Shown: piece by piece, positions 12,800 through 25,200 of the stretch
Numbering within the stretch: the stretch's first letter is position 1
Layout: every line of letters begins with the position of its first letter
Assembly: GCF_004010195.1 (NCBI RefSeq)
Contig: NW_025214732.1
Coordinates: forward strand, 1 to 50,000
Direction of reading: 5' to 3'
DNA length: 50,000 nt
Origin: Chiloscyllium plagiosum
Lineage: Eukaryota
Program-made: the position numbers and the translations under genes
The notes under the pieces: model-generated
The model's input: the letters and a program-made list of their open reading frames with translations, nothing else
Database searches by the model: none
Told to the model about the DNA's origin: nothing

Positions 12800-14790
12800 T
12801 GAACATGGATTTATGAAAGAGAACATGGTTAGCAAATCTGTTTAGGGTTGTTTGACGCTGTTAGCAGCAGGCTAGACAAAAGGGTATTGGGGGGGGGGGG
12901 GCAAGTGGAGGCCTGTCGAAAAAAAAAAATCAAAAGGATGTAACACATTAGGATTTTCAGAAAACATGCAATCGGCAAGCTCTAACAAATGGAGTACCGC
13001 AAGGATCAATGCATCAGCCTTAGCCAATTATGATCTATCTCAACTATTTTGATGAGGAGGCCATGTGGACATGTTTAAGTTTCCTGATTTTACAGTTTGG
13101 CAGGAAACTAAACTGTATAAAAGGAAGCAGAGGCTGCAAAGGAATTTATAGCATCATAGAGTTATACAGCAGGGAAACTGACCCTTCAGTCCAATTCATC
13201 CATGCCAACCAGGTTTCTCAAATGAAACTAGTCCCATTCACCGGCATATGGCCCATAAATCTGTTCACATAACTGTCCAAATGTCTTTTGGATGGTGTAA
13301 CTGTACCTACCACATCCTCTGGCAGTTCATTTTACATATGAACCACCCGGTGTGAAAAAGTTACCCCTCAGGTCCTTTTTATATCTTTCTATCACCTTAA
13401 AATTATGCCCTCTAACTTTGAACTCCCCTACTCTATAGAAGAAAGAGACCTTTGCCGTTCACCTTATCTATACCCAAAGTGATTTTATAAACCTCTATAA
13501 AAAGGTCACCTCTTCAACTTCCTATGCTCTGGGGGAAAAAGTCCTAGCCTATCCTTATAACTGAAATCTTCCAGTCCCAGTAATATCTTTGTAAATCTTT
13601 TCCACAGGCTTTCAAATTTAATAATATCCTTCATATAACAGGGTGGCCAAAACTTACATAGTACTCCAAAAGAGGGCTGAGTGGTTACAAAAGTCACAGA
13701 TGGAATATAATGTGGACAGGTGTGAAGTGATCCACTTTTATGTGAAAAATGGAAAAGCAAAATATTTTTTAAAATGTGAAAATTTAAATAATGTTGGTAT
13801 TCAAAGTCAACTGTGTTTCCTTGCACACAAATTACACTAAGTTAACATGCAAACAACAGCAAGCAATTGTAAAAGCAAATTGTTTGTTAGCCTTTAATAC
13901 AATGGATTGTAGGATTTAAGAAATCTTAAAATATTTTAGGGCTTTGCCAAGACCACATCAGATTTTTTGTAGAAGTATTTACGAAATAATGCAGTTTTAG
14001 TTTCCTTATGTATCAAAGGGTATACTTAACTTAGAGAAAGTGTTACAAATGTTCACTATACCTGGAATGAGGGGCTTGTCCACTGAAGAGAGATTGAATA
14101 GACCATGCTTTTACTTCTTACAGTTTAGAAGAATAAGTGATTACTTTGTTGAAAGATACAAAACAGTTAATGGAATTGCCAGTCGACACTGGAAGGATAG
14201 ATCTCTTCATGGAGAAACTTAAGAAATAAATGGAAAACTGGCAATTTAGAAATTAAGATTGTGATGAGGAGGAAATCATTATGTAGCAAGCTAGTTAATC
14301 TTTGGAGACTTTTTTTTAATCCGAGAAAGATATTGAGGCTGATCACTGAACACCGACTCCCTTGAAGATCAGCAATCTCATTTATGGAAGGCAACAAAGT
14401 AGTTAAGGCCATAATCAGATCCACCATAATCTAATTGAATGGCAGAGAAGTTCAAGGGGCTGAAATATCCATTCCTACTTTCGTGTTTTTGTTTAGTTAA
14501 TTTTGTTTCAATTAACTTATAGTACTAGAACTGGGGGAAACAAGTCTTATGTTTCAAGCAAGAGATACAGGGTGGAGCTTTGGAATTCTTTACTCCAGAA
14601 GGTTGCAGATGTCCAGCTGTCGAGTGCATTTAAGGCAAAGACCTGTAGGTTTTTCGATACGAAGGGAATTAAGGGAGACAGGGAATAATATGGGTAAGTG
14701 AAGTTGGGATTAATGATCAATTAAGATTTTTATTGAATGGTAGAATGGACTTGAAAGGCCAAATGATCCACTTCTGTTTGTATTTATGCT
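12800..14790 (+). mobile_element. Old, degraded CR1-type LINE (interrupted by a younger antisense CR1; two 3'-end-like segments)
   Basis: Relics of RT motifs: GGATTTTCAGAAA (LDF-K-like), GGAGTACCGCAAGGATCA (GVPQGS), CAGATGGAATATAATGTGGACAGGTGTGAAGTG (QMEYNVDRCEV) and IPGMRGLSTEERLNR. CR1 3' ends (TTGAATGG...AAGGGGCTGAA / AAAGGCCAAATG) appear near 14440 and 14740. Confidence 0.8.
13153..13672 (-). mobile_element. CR1/HER1-type LINE 3' end, antisense, nested in the older CR1
   Basis: Begins with the reverse-complement tail CATAGAGTTATACAGC. The ORF 13506-13826(-) contains FWPPCYMKDIIKFESLWKRFTKILLGLEDFSYKDRLGLFPPEHRKLKR, a CR1 RT C-terminus. Confidence 0.9.
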
Positions 14791-15574
14791 TTTGTGGCAC
14801 TGGCAGCGCTAAGTTATGTTGCATCTATTAATTCATTGAGTTTGCATGTTTCTTTTTATTGGGACTACTTTTGTCCCTTGAAAATATTCACTATTTGTTA
14901 GGATACAATTCCACAACCATCAGTAACTTTTTCACACCTTGGCCAAGTGGAATTTACTTTGAGAGCTGATTATTAACTGAACTATAGGTGCTATTAGTTG
15001 ATCCTGATTTTTCCTTCCCCTTGGTGGGATTCTTACCTATACTCTGAAGTCAACTACTTGGAGTACAGAATCACAATCAAAGTCCTTCCTTTAGGAAAGC
15101 TCGCTGAACCAGTTGTAAGAGTTCTCCTCAATTTTTTTTTTTAAATAAAAAAAATACCATTGAAAAGCTAGTAGGACTTCCTGGCTTTTTAAACAAAAGC
15201 ACTAAAAGTATTTAGAGTCCAGTCTAAACTATACAAGCAGCAAAATATGCTACATCAAAATAAGATCAGCACAATATTACAGATGATCAGGTCTAATGTG
15301 AAAGGCCGACACTTCACAATTCCCAACTTAAAAGGTCACCAAGTTTCTTTAAAAACTTCCATCTTTGACCAAATACAGTTGCCATTTTGAATCTCCCTCT
15401 TTGGCTCAGTCTGTATTTGCCTTATTATACTCCTGTGAAATGTCTTAAACATTTCCACAAGTTAAATACATTATAAATCAGCACAAACTGTTATTTTCCA
15501 TCTTGTTCCAGAAAACATTCATACACTGGTACATCATTAAACCTGTAATCTCCAGCAACCTACGTGTACAAGAT

Positions 15575-15725
15575 AATAAGTACAAGAGACTATTCATCCC
15601 CTCGAGCTGCCTGTCCATTCGATTTCATTATGACTGACTGGATTATGGCCTCAAGTCTCCTTTTCCGACTGCCCCACATTCTTCTGCTCACTTGTCAGCC
15701 AAAAATATTGAATACAGTCAAGTGG
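15575..15725 (-). mobile_element. Degraded CR1 3'-end fragment
   Basis: ATTCATCCCCTCGAGC...CCATTCGAT...ATCATGACTGA-like sequence, the reverse complement of the CR1 3' end also seen at about 14.4 kb and 49.1 kb. Confidence 0.5.
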
Positions 15726-16181
15726 CTGTGGGAGTAAAAGCAGGAGTACTTCTGCTGAGTGATATGTCCCTGCAATTACATTCTCCTTAGTATTTTCCTG
15801 TTGGTACAGGTAATAAGCTAATTTTATTCGCAAGAGGTTTGGCAGCCCATCAGGAACTTTCATGCACTTTTCCAGGTATTGAAAAGGCACCCAGATAGCA
15901 CTCCAATTTCTGTTCATCACAGTAAGAAATGTTAGAAATCAGGCAGAACGCAGCACCACACTTCAGTGCTGCCTCCCTTTTATGTTCTGTTGAAGGTTGT
16001 CAGTAGAGATGCAGAGTTAGATGGCAACAAGATGCCATCCCAACTAATGATGACAGTTCGGACTGAGGGGAGCGTGGAAGTCAGTGTCTGTATTTGGGTG
16101 GGGGCGGGGTCAAAAGAGCCTAGCTCCTGTGCCACAAGCAGATGAATGATCAGCCGTGTTCTACCACTGTCTGCTCACATA

Positions 16182-16519
16182 GGGAAGGCAATGGCCTGGT
16201 GTTATTATCCAGAGACCCAGGTAATCTAGGGACTGGGGTTGGAATCCCACCATGACAGAGGGGTAATTTAATTCCAGATTTTTAAAAAAATTGGATTCAA
16301 AAGTCTAATGATGACCATGAATCCATTGTCAATTGTCAGGAAAAACCCAATTGATTCACTAATGCCCTTTAGGGAAGGAAACTGCCATCCGTATCTGCTC
16401 TGGCCTAAAAGTGTGATTTCAGATCCCCAGCAATGTAGTTGACTCTCATACTGTCCTCTAGACAATTGGGGATTAGGACAGCCGGTGATGCCCTCATCCT
16501 GTGAGTGAATAAAACAAAA
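16182..16519 (+). mobile_element. tRNA-derived SINE (family not assigned)
   Basis: A-box-like TGGCCTGGTG and B-box-like GGTTGGAATCCC, a central core (ATTCACTAATGCCCTTTAGGGAAGGAAACTGCC...GCAATGTAGTTGACTCT), and a 3' tail CATCCTGTGAGTGAATAAAA resembling the LINE tail at about 20.55 kb. Confidence 0.75.
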
Positions 16520-17384
16520 CTACTTCACACTCTTGTAAGTGAGAGCTAATCTTGTAATGTTTCCACTGCAGAGGATTGTGCCAAAGGATTGTCACACAAA
16601 TATCTCCAGGTATTTCAATAAACGACTGCCCGTCCTTTGCAGCCACCAATGTAACACTATTGGCAGCGCAGCAATATTGGCTGTCCAATTTGCCAGGGTT
16701 TACACTTAAAAGTGAAAGGAGTTACAACACTCATGCTTACAAATTATGATAAACAAAAAAAATGTACAGATCTGATAGCTTTTCACCAAAGGGACAAGCG
16801 CAAAAGATTGTGTTTTCAGCTGAGTCCCCTTTGAATTCATCCTCTTTGGTGTGCCTTGGTCAGTTTTGCTAACATCAGCCAGTGTGACTGCCTCACTTCG
16901 ACTGCCTTTTTGACCTGGTCAAACTTCAACCCTAACACTAAGACTGTGTGTGACTGAACCTTCTCATATACTGATCAACATGGACAGGCTTCATTCCCAA
17001 ACATTAAGTGTTGGCACAAAGGAACACTTTGGTTTCAAAGGAACGCAGAAATTGAAGAACTTTGTGCTCACATGACTTTGGAGGAAGCCATCCACACTGC
17101 CAGATACAAACCTCATATACTACGCACATAGCCAGGTTTGTGAACACGTGGCTATCATTTTTGGCAACAACATTGCGTCCATGAACCCAATTCCAGTGAG
17201 CTGGTATGTTCATTAATATTCACAAAATCCTAATGGGTAGAAAAGAGAATCCTAACCATGAAAGCTAATCTGCCTGAAAGAGCTGAATAGCAAAATTTTA
17301 ACCTGCTGTCAGGAAACTAACTTCATGCCTTCCAACCTCCTTTCTAAAACATTTAGAACAGGCACAAAAAAATTGTATTCACTA

Positions 17385-18390
17385 ATCCATCCTACACTGT
17401 TTTCTGGAGAAGAGAATTACAAAAATTGAACAATGCTGGAGAGAAAAAAACCCCCTCATTTTCACCTTAAAATGGAAAGCCCCTTGTTTTTTTTAAACTG
17501 TCCCTAATTGCAGCATCTGCCCTATTAAATCCCCTCAGAATCTTATGTTTCAATAAAATCGCTTCTCATTCTTTGAAACTGCAATGCCTATGGGCCTAAC
17601 CTGCTAAACCTTTCCACATAACGCAACTCCTCCATCCCATGACTCAGCCAAATCAACTTGTTCTGGAATTAGTTTCAAATGTAGTTATATCCTTCCTTAA
17701 ATTTGGTGTCAGAGCTGTACACAGAACTCCAGATGCAATTCACTTATATAGAAGAAAGAACACTTCCTTGCTTTTATATTCCATTCCCCTCACAATGGTT
17801 TTTGGCTTTCAATTTACCTTACCAATTACTTGCTGTGTGTGCACACATGACCTTTTTGTGAATAATGTACTAGGCACCCAAATTCCTCTCCAATGCAGCA
17901 TTCTGCAGTCTCTCTCTATTTAAATAACATACTACTTTTCTTCATGTCAAAGTTGATGTGCTCACATTTTTCCAACATTACATTGTCGGTGTCAAATTGT
18001 TTACCCATACTCTTCAGCTTCCTACATTGCTTTGCAGATTCTGTGATTTTTTTTTTTTTTACAATGCCCTTTCCTATCTAGCTTGGTGTTGGACTCTGAA
18101 TAATGAGGCCCCAGCCCTGACCACTGTAGCATTCTCCTAACAGAAGTCTGCTAATCTAAAAATGACTACCTTATTCCAACTCCACTTCCTGTTAGCCAAC
18201 TGATCTTTTATTCTTAATAAAATTACCCACAACATGATGAGCTCTCCTGTGTAGCAAAATTTTACATACCACCTTCTTGAAGGTCTTTTGGAAATCCAAA
18301 AATATATCTACTGGTTCACTATTATCGGACATGCTATTGGCATTCATCTTCACAGATCTCTGTTAAATCAGTCAAACATGATTTTCTTTT
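17385..18390 (-). mobile_element. Old degraded CR1-type LINE fragment
   Basis: Antisense RT-region relics (CTGTACACAGAACTCCAGATG, TTGAAGGTCTTTTGGAAATCCAAA corresponding to LDF-K-F, AGTCAAACATGATTTTC), with many stops and indels. Confidence 0.7.
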
Positions 18391-19491
18391 TTACAAACTT
18401 GTATTCAATGATAGTAAACTAATGAATGATGTTTGCAGATCTTCATTCAACCTCTACGCTCCCTGAGCATCTCCAGAATTGCACTTTGTATTCCTACTAA
18501 ACAGTCAAAAATCTGGGTCTGGATGATTTTTTTCTCTCCCCAGCTCAGGGATATTGAGATATCACCTATTGCTACACTTCATGGGTCTAATGTATAGAAA
18601 AGTACACAATGTTATTAAATTAGCCCCTCCTCACATTTTAACTGATCTGCTAATGTCAAGCAATATCCAGTTCAATGTGCCAAGTTTGCAATATGCACAA
18701 AAGTGTTTAACTATCTGACATTTGGATGCTTCCACAGAGGGCGGGTGGAAAAAGAATCAAAATCATTACATGACTTAAACCACTCTTGACAATGCTTACC
18801 TTTGGTGTGCTGATTCTTGTCATTACTTGCTCTGTGAAAGCATTTGGTTAATGTTTAACATTCCCAAACAAAGTTAAATGCTAAGGAGTTGTCTGCTTCA
18901 TGCTAACCATTCAATACAAAATAGTCACTACATATAAAGCAACTATTAAAATGCAATGCAAAAAGGAAAATCTGGTGTAGTACTGCGGGGATAGTTCATA
19001 TCTTTTGTAAATAATTTTTCCAAAGTTTTGTAGAGGAATCTATGTTAACAGTGATCAAGTGACGTGAATTGAGTATCAGAATTGGTATGTCAGTTTTTAA
19101 GAAAACAAGTCTTCTGTTTTATCAAATATAATATTTTCAAGTTAAGGAAAGCAGAAACCTAAAGCGTAAGACTTAAATATACTATATTTTGGACATGCAC
19201 AATGTTTTGCACTGAAAATCTGATCCTGCAATGCCGATCCTGCAATGCCAACCCTGCATATTTGAAGTTAATGCAAAGTTAAACTTTTAAATTTTAAACC
19301 ACAGCTTTTTAATAATAGAAAAGAGCTGAAAATTACCACAAGCTTTCTTTCAGTAGGAATAAAAAGTTCACCAAATGTTGTTAAGTGAAACTGCATGAAT
19401 ATACATAAAATGGAAAGGTGTTTTAATCTTATCAACATTAAATAAGGATGCTTGTTAAATGTGTCATTTTCCATGTTATCATTTTAGTGTA

Positions 19492-19636
19492 GCTGAAAAA
19501 GCACAGGTCAGGCAGCATCCAGGGAACAGGAGAATCGCCGTTTCGGGTATAAGCCTTCTTCAGGACCTGCTGCGTTTTTCCAGCAACACATTTTCAGCTC
19601 TGATCTCCAGCATCTGCAGACCTCACCTTCTCCTCC
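19492..19636. mobile_element. Short partly palindromic non-autonomous retroelement (Penelope-like terminus type) with 14-bp target-site duplication
   Basis: Flanked by direct repeats ATCATTTTAGTGTA (19478-19491 and 19637-19650). It has internal inverted arms (GCTGAAAAAGCACAGGTC / GACCTGCTGCGTTTTTCCAGC) and a hammerhead-like core on the - strand at 19540-19563. Confidence 0.8.
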
Positions 19637-20299
19637 ATCATTTTAGTGTAACCAACATTGCATTGCTTAACTTGATGTTAATTAGGAATGGAGTACTTTG
19701 TTTTAATAAAGTGCCACTTTAAATCTTAATAAGCAATCCCCTCCAGCAAGGTAACTCATTCTCCCACACCTCCTCTCCTCAAGGACCGTCAGACTTGCAT
19801 TACCAATTTGATGTCGAGTTTTGCCAAATTGGACACTTTCCGCTGTACCACATGGTTTGTTTACTTTTAGCTAACAAAGAACAATTTTCATCCCACCAGA
19901 CTGAACCAGATCAAAATGTCCATATGCTTACAAAAGATAAATAGCAGGTAAAAACTGAAAACAAAATTAAAACAAAAAAAAGGGAAAATTGCAAACTAAT
20001 CTAACACTATTAAAATCAACACACTTGAAACTGCTGAATTGGGTTAGACATTTTTCCACATATTTGATCTCAAGTTTAAAGTTCTTATTTTCAAATGATT
20101 GGCTGACCACCAGTTTTGAACCAATTACAATCAAAATCATTTATAGAGGTCTGGACAGCATGATGGGTCTGAAAGATCATTTCTTTTCATTTCAGGAGAA
20201 TTTAAACACAATGAGCAGCCTGCTTGACTGGAACCAAATTCACAAACATCACAATTTAGAGATAGCCATGCAGAAATTTTCCAAAACTCCTAAGAGAGC

Positions 20300-20605
20300 A
20301 ACTTCTGAGCACATGACCACTTCCACGTGGAAGGACAAGGGCAGGAGATACACAGAAACAGAACTACTTGCATGTTCCCTTCCAAGGCCCTCACCATCTT
20401 GATTTGGAGATATAACTCTAATCATTCACTGTCACTGGTTCAAATTGGAATTTCCTCCATAATGCCTTTGTGGGTCTACATAAACATATTGACTTCAGTG
20501 GTTCAAGAAGGCACCTCACCACCTACTTCTCATGGGCAACTAAGAATGCATAATAAATGCTGGCCCAGCCAGTGACAATCAGGTCCATGAGTGAACAAAT
20601 AAAAA
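20300..20605 (+). mobile_element. LINE (CR1/L2 clade) 3'-end fragment
   Basis: GAAGGACAAGGGCAGGAGATAC...GGTTCAAGAAGGCACCTCACCACC...ATAAATGCTGGCCCAGCCAGTGAC...ATGAGTGAACAAATAAAAA. The same tail recurs at 34781-34808 (-) and 45983-46040 (+). Confidence 0.7.
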
Positions 20606-22106
20606 CAAGATTGTTCAGTGGGATGGAAATGCATTTCTACCCTTTCACATCCTTTAAAACACCATATAGAAAATTCCAATTCACTCCGACTGTACATAAT
20701 TCTGGAACATAAGAGCAGACCTGTTCATTCTATTATATTAATGTAAGTATGTCACAGGTGGGCCATAAAAGTGTGGGAGATGAAAATAATACACGAGGAG
20801 CATACCAACATTGTAAATAAATTACTTCCAGTTGGAGTTAATAGAATCCTGTTGCAGACAAATGACTGTTTTAGCAGGTGTCTAATCTGATTTTTAACTG
20901 CCATGACGTACAAGGAACACTGCAAAAGTGAATAAATATCTTACCTGTTTTCTGGTTGAACTGATATAGAAGACCTCAGCTTTCTCTTTAGAGATAGAAT
21001 ACAAAACTGGAGAACTGGTTTCAATTAATTTACTTTTAGAGTACAGTTTGAACATAATTAAGTGCAACGGTCACTTTGCATTTTTTTCTCCCTCTAGTCA
21101 GGAAACTCATCCTTCGTACAGGGATACCATTTCTTGGATGATACTACACCCACATTGAGCTTGTCTGAATGTTCCCAGATAGTTCAATCTTAAAATCATC
21201 ACGATTGTCATCAAATATATTTTACAACAGTGATTATCATACTCTGGCTGCAGTTACATTGCAGCTGATGAACACCACTGAATAAGTGTCGACTCAGTAC
21301 GAGTTCCATAGGGTTATAATATGCTGTTCATGTAGGGGGAAAATGTACAGGACAACTAAATGATTGGCCTATTACCCAAACTCTCTAATTAGAACTGATA
21401 CTCAGATAGGACATTCAAATGTCTGAATGACGAATACTCAGACATTTTATATATTGCTATAAGTACCTAATTAATTTTATCAAAGCGTCCAGTAAATGGT
21501 TAATTTTATTAAGAGGAAACAAACGATCCTATTACTTGAACATATCGTTTCAGTATGATAATTACTTAACCGGACATAATCATTTGTTGCAGCGTACTCT
21601 CTCCAGCTGCTGCAGTGAAATGCACGATTACATTTGCCATTGCATACTATTTAATACAGAAGTTACACTGGTTGCACCAAATTGATCTTTTCCACGTAGT
21701 AGGAAACACAATATCCTTTGAAGAGAATATTTTGCTATTTCCATTAATAATAAAATTTGCATTTTACCTTCGTGTTGTATCTTCACACTTTAAAACAGTG
21801 GTTTAAACGTTCTGGACGAGGACACAGCTTTTAATTTGTAGAACGCTTTACGGAAATAGCTTGCAAGAATGTTTTCACGTGATTGTTTAAACTATTCTGC
21901 CTCCGTACTCTACACGCGATTTATAGTTATTTATTTCTGTAGGAATGGCTACTAAGTGAAAGTAATTTCGTAAAACAGGTTTTTACACTTGCTGGAGCAA
22001 AGCAAGTTGAAATTCTGCTGCTTCAGTTCATTGCTAACACTGTCACATCCGCGTGGATCAGCTGAGCTCTATCACGTGGCTCTGTGTCGAAGGTCAGTGC
22101 AGCACA

Positions 22107-22245
22107 ATGGAGCTGCCAGAGTACGTCCTAAAAGGGTTGCAATTGCTAGCCGATCCCAGCCACTTCTCCAACAAAACATTCCGCATTTTGGTAGAAGCAG
22201 CTTTCGAGAGCCTCATAAACCCACAAACAGACGGAGCAATATTTG
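22107..22245 (+). CDS. COMMD3: COMMD3 coding exon 1
   Basis: ATG in ACAATGG Kozak context; MELPEYVLKGLQLLADPSHFSNKTFRILVEAAFESLINPQTDGAIF; donor G|GTGAG. Confidence 0.93.
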
Positions 22246-25200
22246 GTGAGCATGTATTTTCGAGCTATTTTTGGAGAGTGGTTTCTGGTTCTCTTATACA
22301 GATTTTAATGCAGGAAGGACACGGTCGGGTTGTTCCTTTGCAAACTGCTCTGCGTTGCACTGTTCCCGGATTCTGTTATAAGTAACATTTGAAGCAGTAT
22401 GTTTGATTTTTGCCAAATGGGTTTCTATTGACCGATTCCTTGTTCTTGAGCTGTCGAGTTGACGGCGCGAAATGCATACTGAGCCTGCATGTAGTTCATT
22501 GTTGTGGACCAATATCCTGGGGCCTAATGTATCAGGGTTGCTGATTTGGAGTGCATTCTTGTTTTATCTGGATTGTTAACAAATGTTTAAAAGCCCAGTT
22601 TATTCAAATGTGATTTTAAAGTAGACAAAGCCCTGCTTCTAAGTGAGCATGTAGTATGGTCATGATAATTAAAGACAGAATATATCAAAATACTCTTGTA
22701 TAAACAATAAACTATTGGGTTTAATTTTCATGAGCTAACGGCTTTTTTGCGTTTTTGTAAGGTAGCAGACAAAATAATTGCATCATTATTAAATGTCATT
22801 CGCCAGTCAGGCCTCTTATAGGTGAAAAGCTTTGTTTGATGTGGAAATAGTATTGAAAATCATAATCTACCATTGTTACACAGACCATGTAGAGCTGGGA
22901 AATTTGGACTTGACTTTGCTGAAACAATGCCATGTAGCCATCGCAACCTGTGTATTGGAGGCAGGAAAACAAAACGCCGACAAGTCGACTATAAGGTTAC
23001 ATGTCCAAGACTTATGAATATTGTGTATGCAATTTAACATTGTTTTTGGGTGTGGCGGTATTTTGTAACTGATATTCTTCAATTCCAGCTCGTTACTTGA
23101 AGACTGTAGATTTGGAGCAGAAAGGATAGACATATTTTGCACAGCATACCAGGTTTGGTGTCCCTCACTACTGTACAATTATTGGGAATACTGCAGTTTA
23201 GTAGCTTGCCGCAAAAAAATCGCCTTTTGTTTCATTAAAATGAACCTACTGGTTTTCTAGTGTGCGGCTGGCGATCGAGAATTTTAAGGTATTATAGGGT
23301 TGTGATCTTGTAATTCCTTCTCAATTTGTCAGAACACGTTTGTACACGTAAAATACTGAAATAATCGCTTACGCTTTTATACATTTACTGAAATGAATTA
23401 ACTAACGTTATTGAATAGCTTTTGAGAATTTGACTAAACTAAACTCATTTCTTTTTATTATTTAGAAGAGCAAAGATAAAGTAGAAATCTTACTAGGAGG
23501 GTGAGTAATTATATATGTAGTTTGGTGCTCTGTAATTCCTTTTGGGGAAGTGGAGTTGCATCTTGTGTGCTACATGTATAAATGGAAATACATTTCAATC
23601 AAACAGTTTGAGTTATGATCGGTCGTAAAGTCACTTAATTGTCTATCTTCAATCCGCAGTAGGGATCGAGCGAAAGTGTATAGCATAATTGAAACACCAA
23701 AGTACTTATTGTCTGTCGAACCAAAACATCATTTGTCCAGCACTAAAGTTGACAAATGTAGTTCGTGTATCTGTATATTTTGCTTTTGAATCATAAATTA
23801 TATATTTTTTATTTGAACGCATTCCAATCCATATCAGCGGATCCAGGGGGTGATTTATGTTCGCTGTTTTCCATCATGATCTCGAGGGACGAACTCATGT
23901 TTTTTTCCCATGCACCTTTGTGACATGTAAAGAACAAAAATGAAGGAAAAGGAGAGGCAGAGTAAAATTGTCCAATAATCTTAGGTCAACACTTGCATCT
24001 GCTAGTTAATCTGACTGTGTTCACATATTGGCCAACATTTTGCAATGAATTTACTGGAATAGTGGGCTTTTTAAAGGCTTGTGCTGATGAAGACATAGCG
24101 AATTCGGTTTCAAGCCCTAGTCGCTGGCCTTTTTTACATCTGGGTTAGGAATTTTTAAAAACTCGCTTGCTTTGTGTGTGTGTGTATAGTGCAAAGATTC
24201 CCAGTCTTCATTTAAAATGAGATTTTCGATTGTTGAAGTCCAAATCTGCTAAACTACTGATTTGGAGAAGGTGGGATCTAACTTTTGCGAAAATGTAGTA
24301 ATAGAAATTAGCGGGCAAATCTGGCATTATTAACTTCTGCAAGTTTTAATTTTTTAAAAAATTATCTTCCAGCATAGGAAGATTTCCTTCTCATATCACT
24401 GATGCCTCTTGGCGCCTGGAGTATCACATTCGGGTAAAATGTTTTTTCATCTCGAAATAGCCAGACAAACTTTCTCCCAAATACTTTGGTACTATATACA
24501 TCTGGCTCAACTCATTTTCATACCTTTTTTTTGTTCTAGAATAACCATCTTCACAAAGTCAATCAACCGGCATATTTATTAACCTTAAATGTTGAGGTAA
24601 GGTCTTAAAAGAAGCCGGTTTTGCGTTTTTTTTAAAATTTGAAATGCAGTTTTAGCACGTCTTAATATTCACTAGTATTCCTTTTGACCTCTTTACAGAA
24701 CGGGCATTCCAGGAAACCTCACGACGTGACTTTTCGCTGTACCATGGAGCAATTGCAGGTACTCCAGCGACGTTTTCTCATGTTACAAACTGTTAATGCT
24801 TTCTCTCCAAGATTTCGGAACCCAAGTTATTTTTATTTTTGGGCCCAATTGTAAGACGTTAGACTCTGCATATGATTTAGTTGGATGAAGCTCTGTCTTT
24901 TATTTCCCCCAAAAACGTGTACGTTACTTTTTTTTTTAAAAATGCAAGTTTTTGAAATCACCCAAATGGCGAATTACTTTGGCCAATGATTTTAATTTTT
25001 GAGTTTCTTGTTCATTAAAATTTTGAACCACAGTTTGTATTTTTATCAGTTTGATGTTCTTAGTCATTAAGTTCCTGCAGATTTGAAAATTTTGTTCTTA
25101 ATCCTTCCCGTGTAACGATTTTTACAGAAACTTGACAGATGATCGATTAACAGAAAACCCGGTTTCTGGTTTTCTTGTAAATGTTTCCATGTGGAGATTA

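Noticed and set aside
19222..19259. Short tandem repeat (GATCCTGCAATGCC, about 2.7 copies)
   Set aside because: A simple local slippage duplication with no spacers. It is not CRISPR-like and carries no functional cue.
22053..22385. 110-aa ORF extending COMMD3 exon 1 upstream (GTG start) and into intron 1
   Set aside because: It is explained by exon 1 plus chance open flanks. The ATG at 22107 and the donor at 22246 give the expected 195-aa protein.
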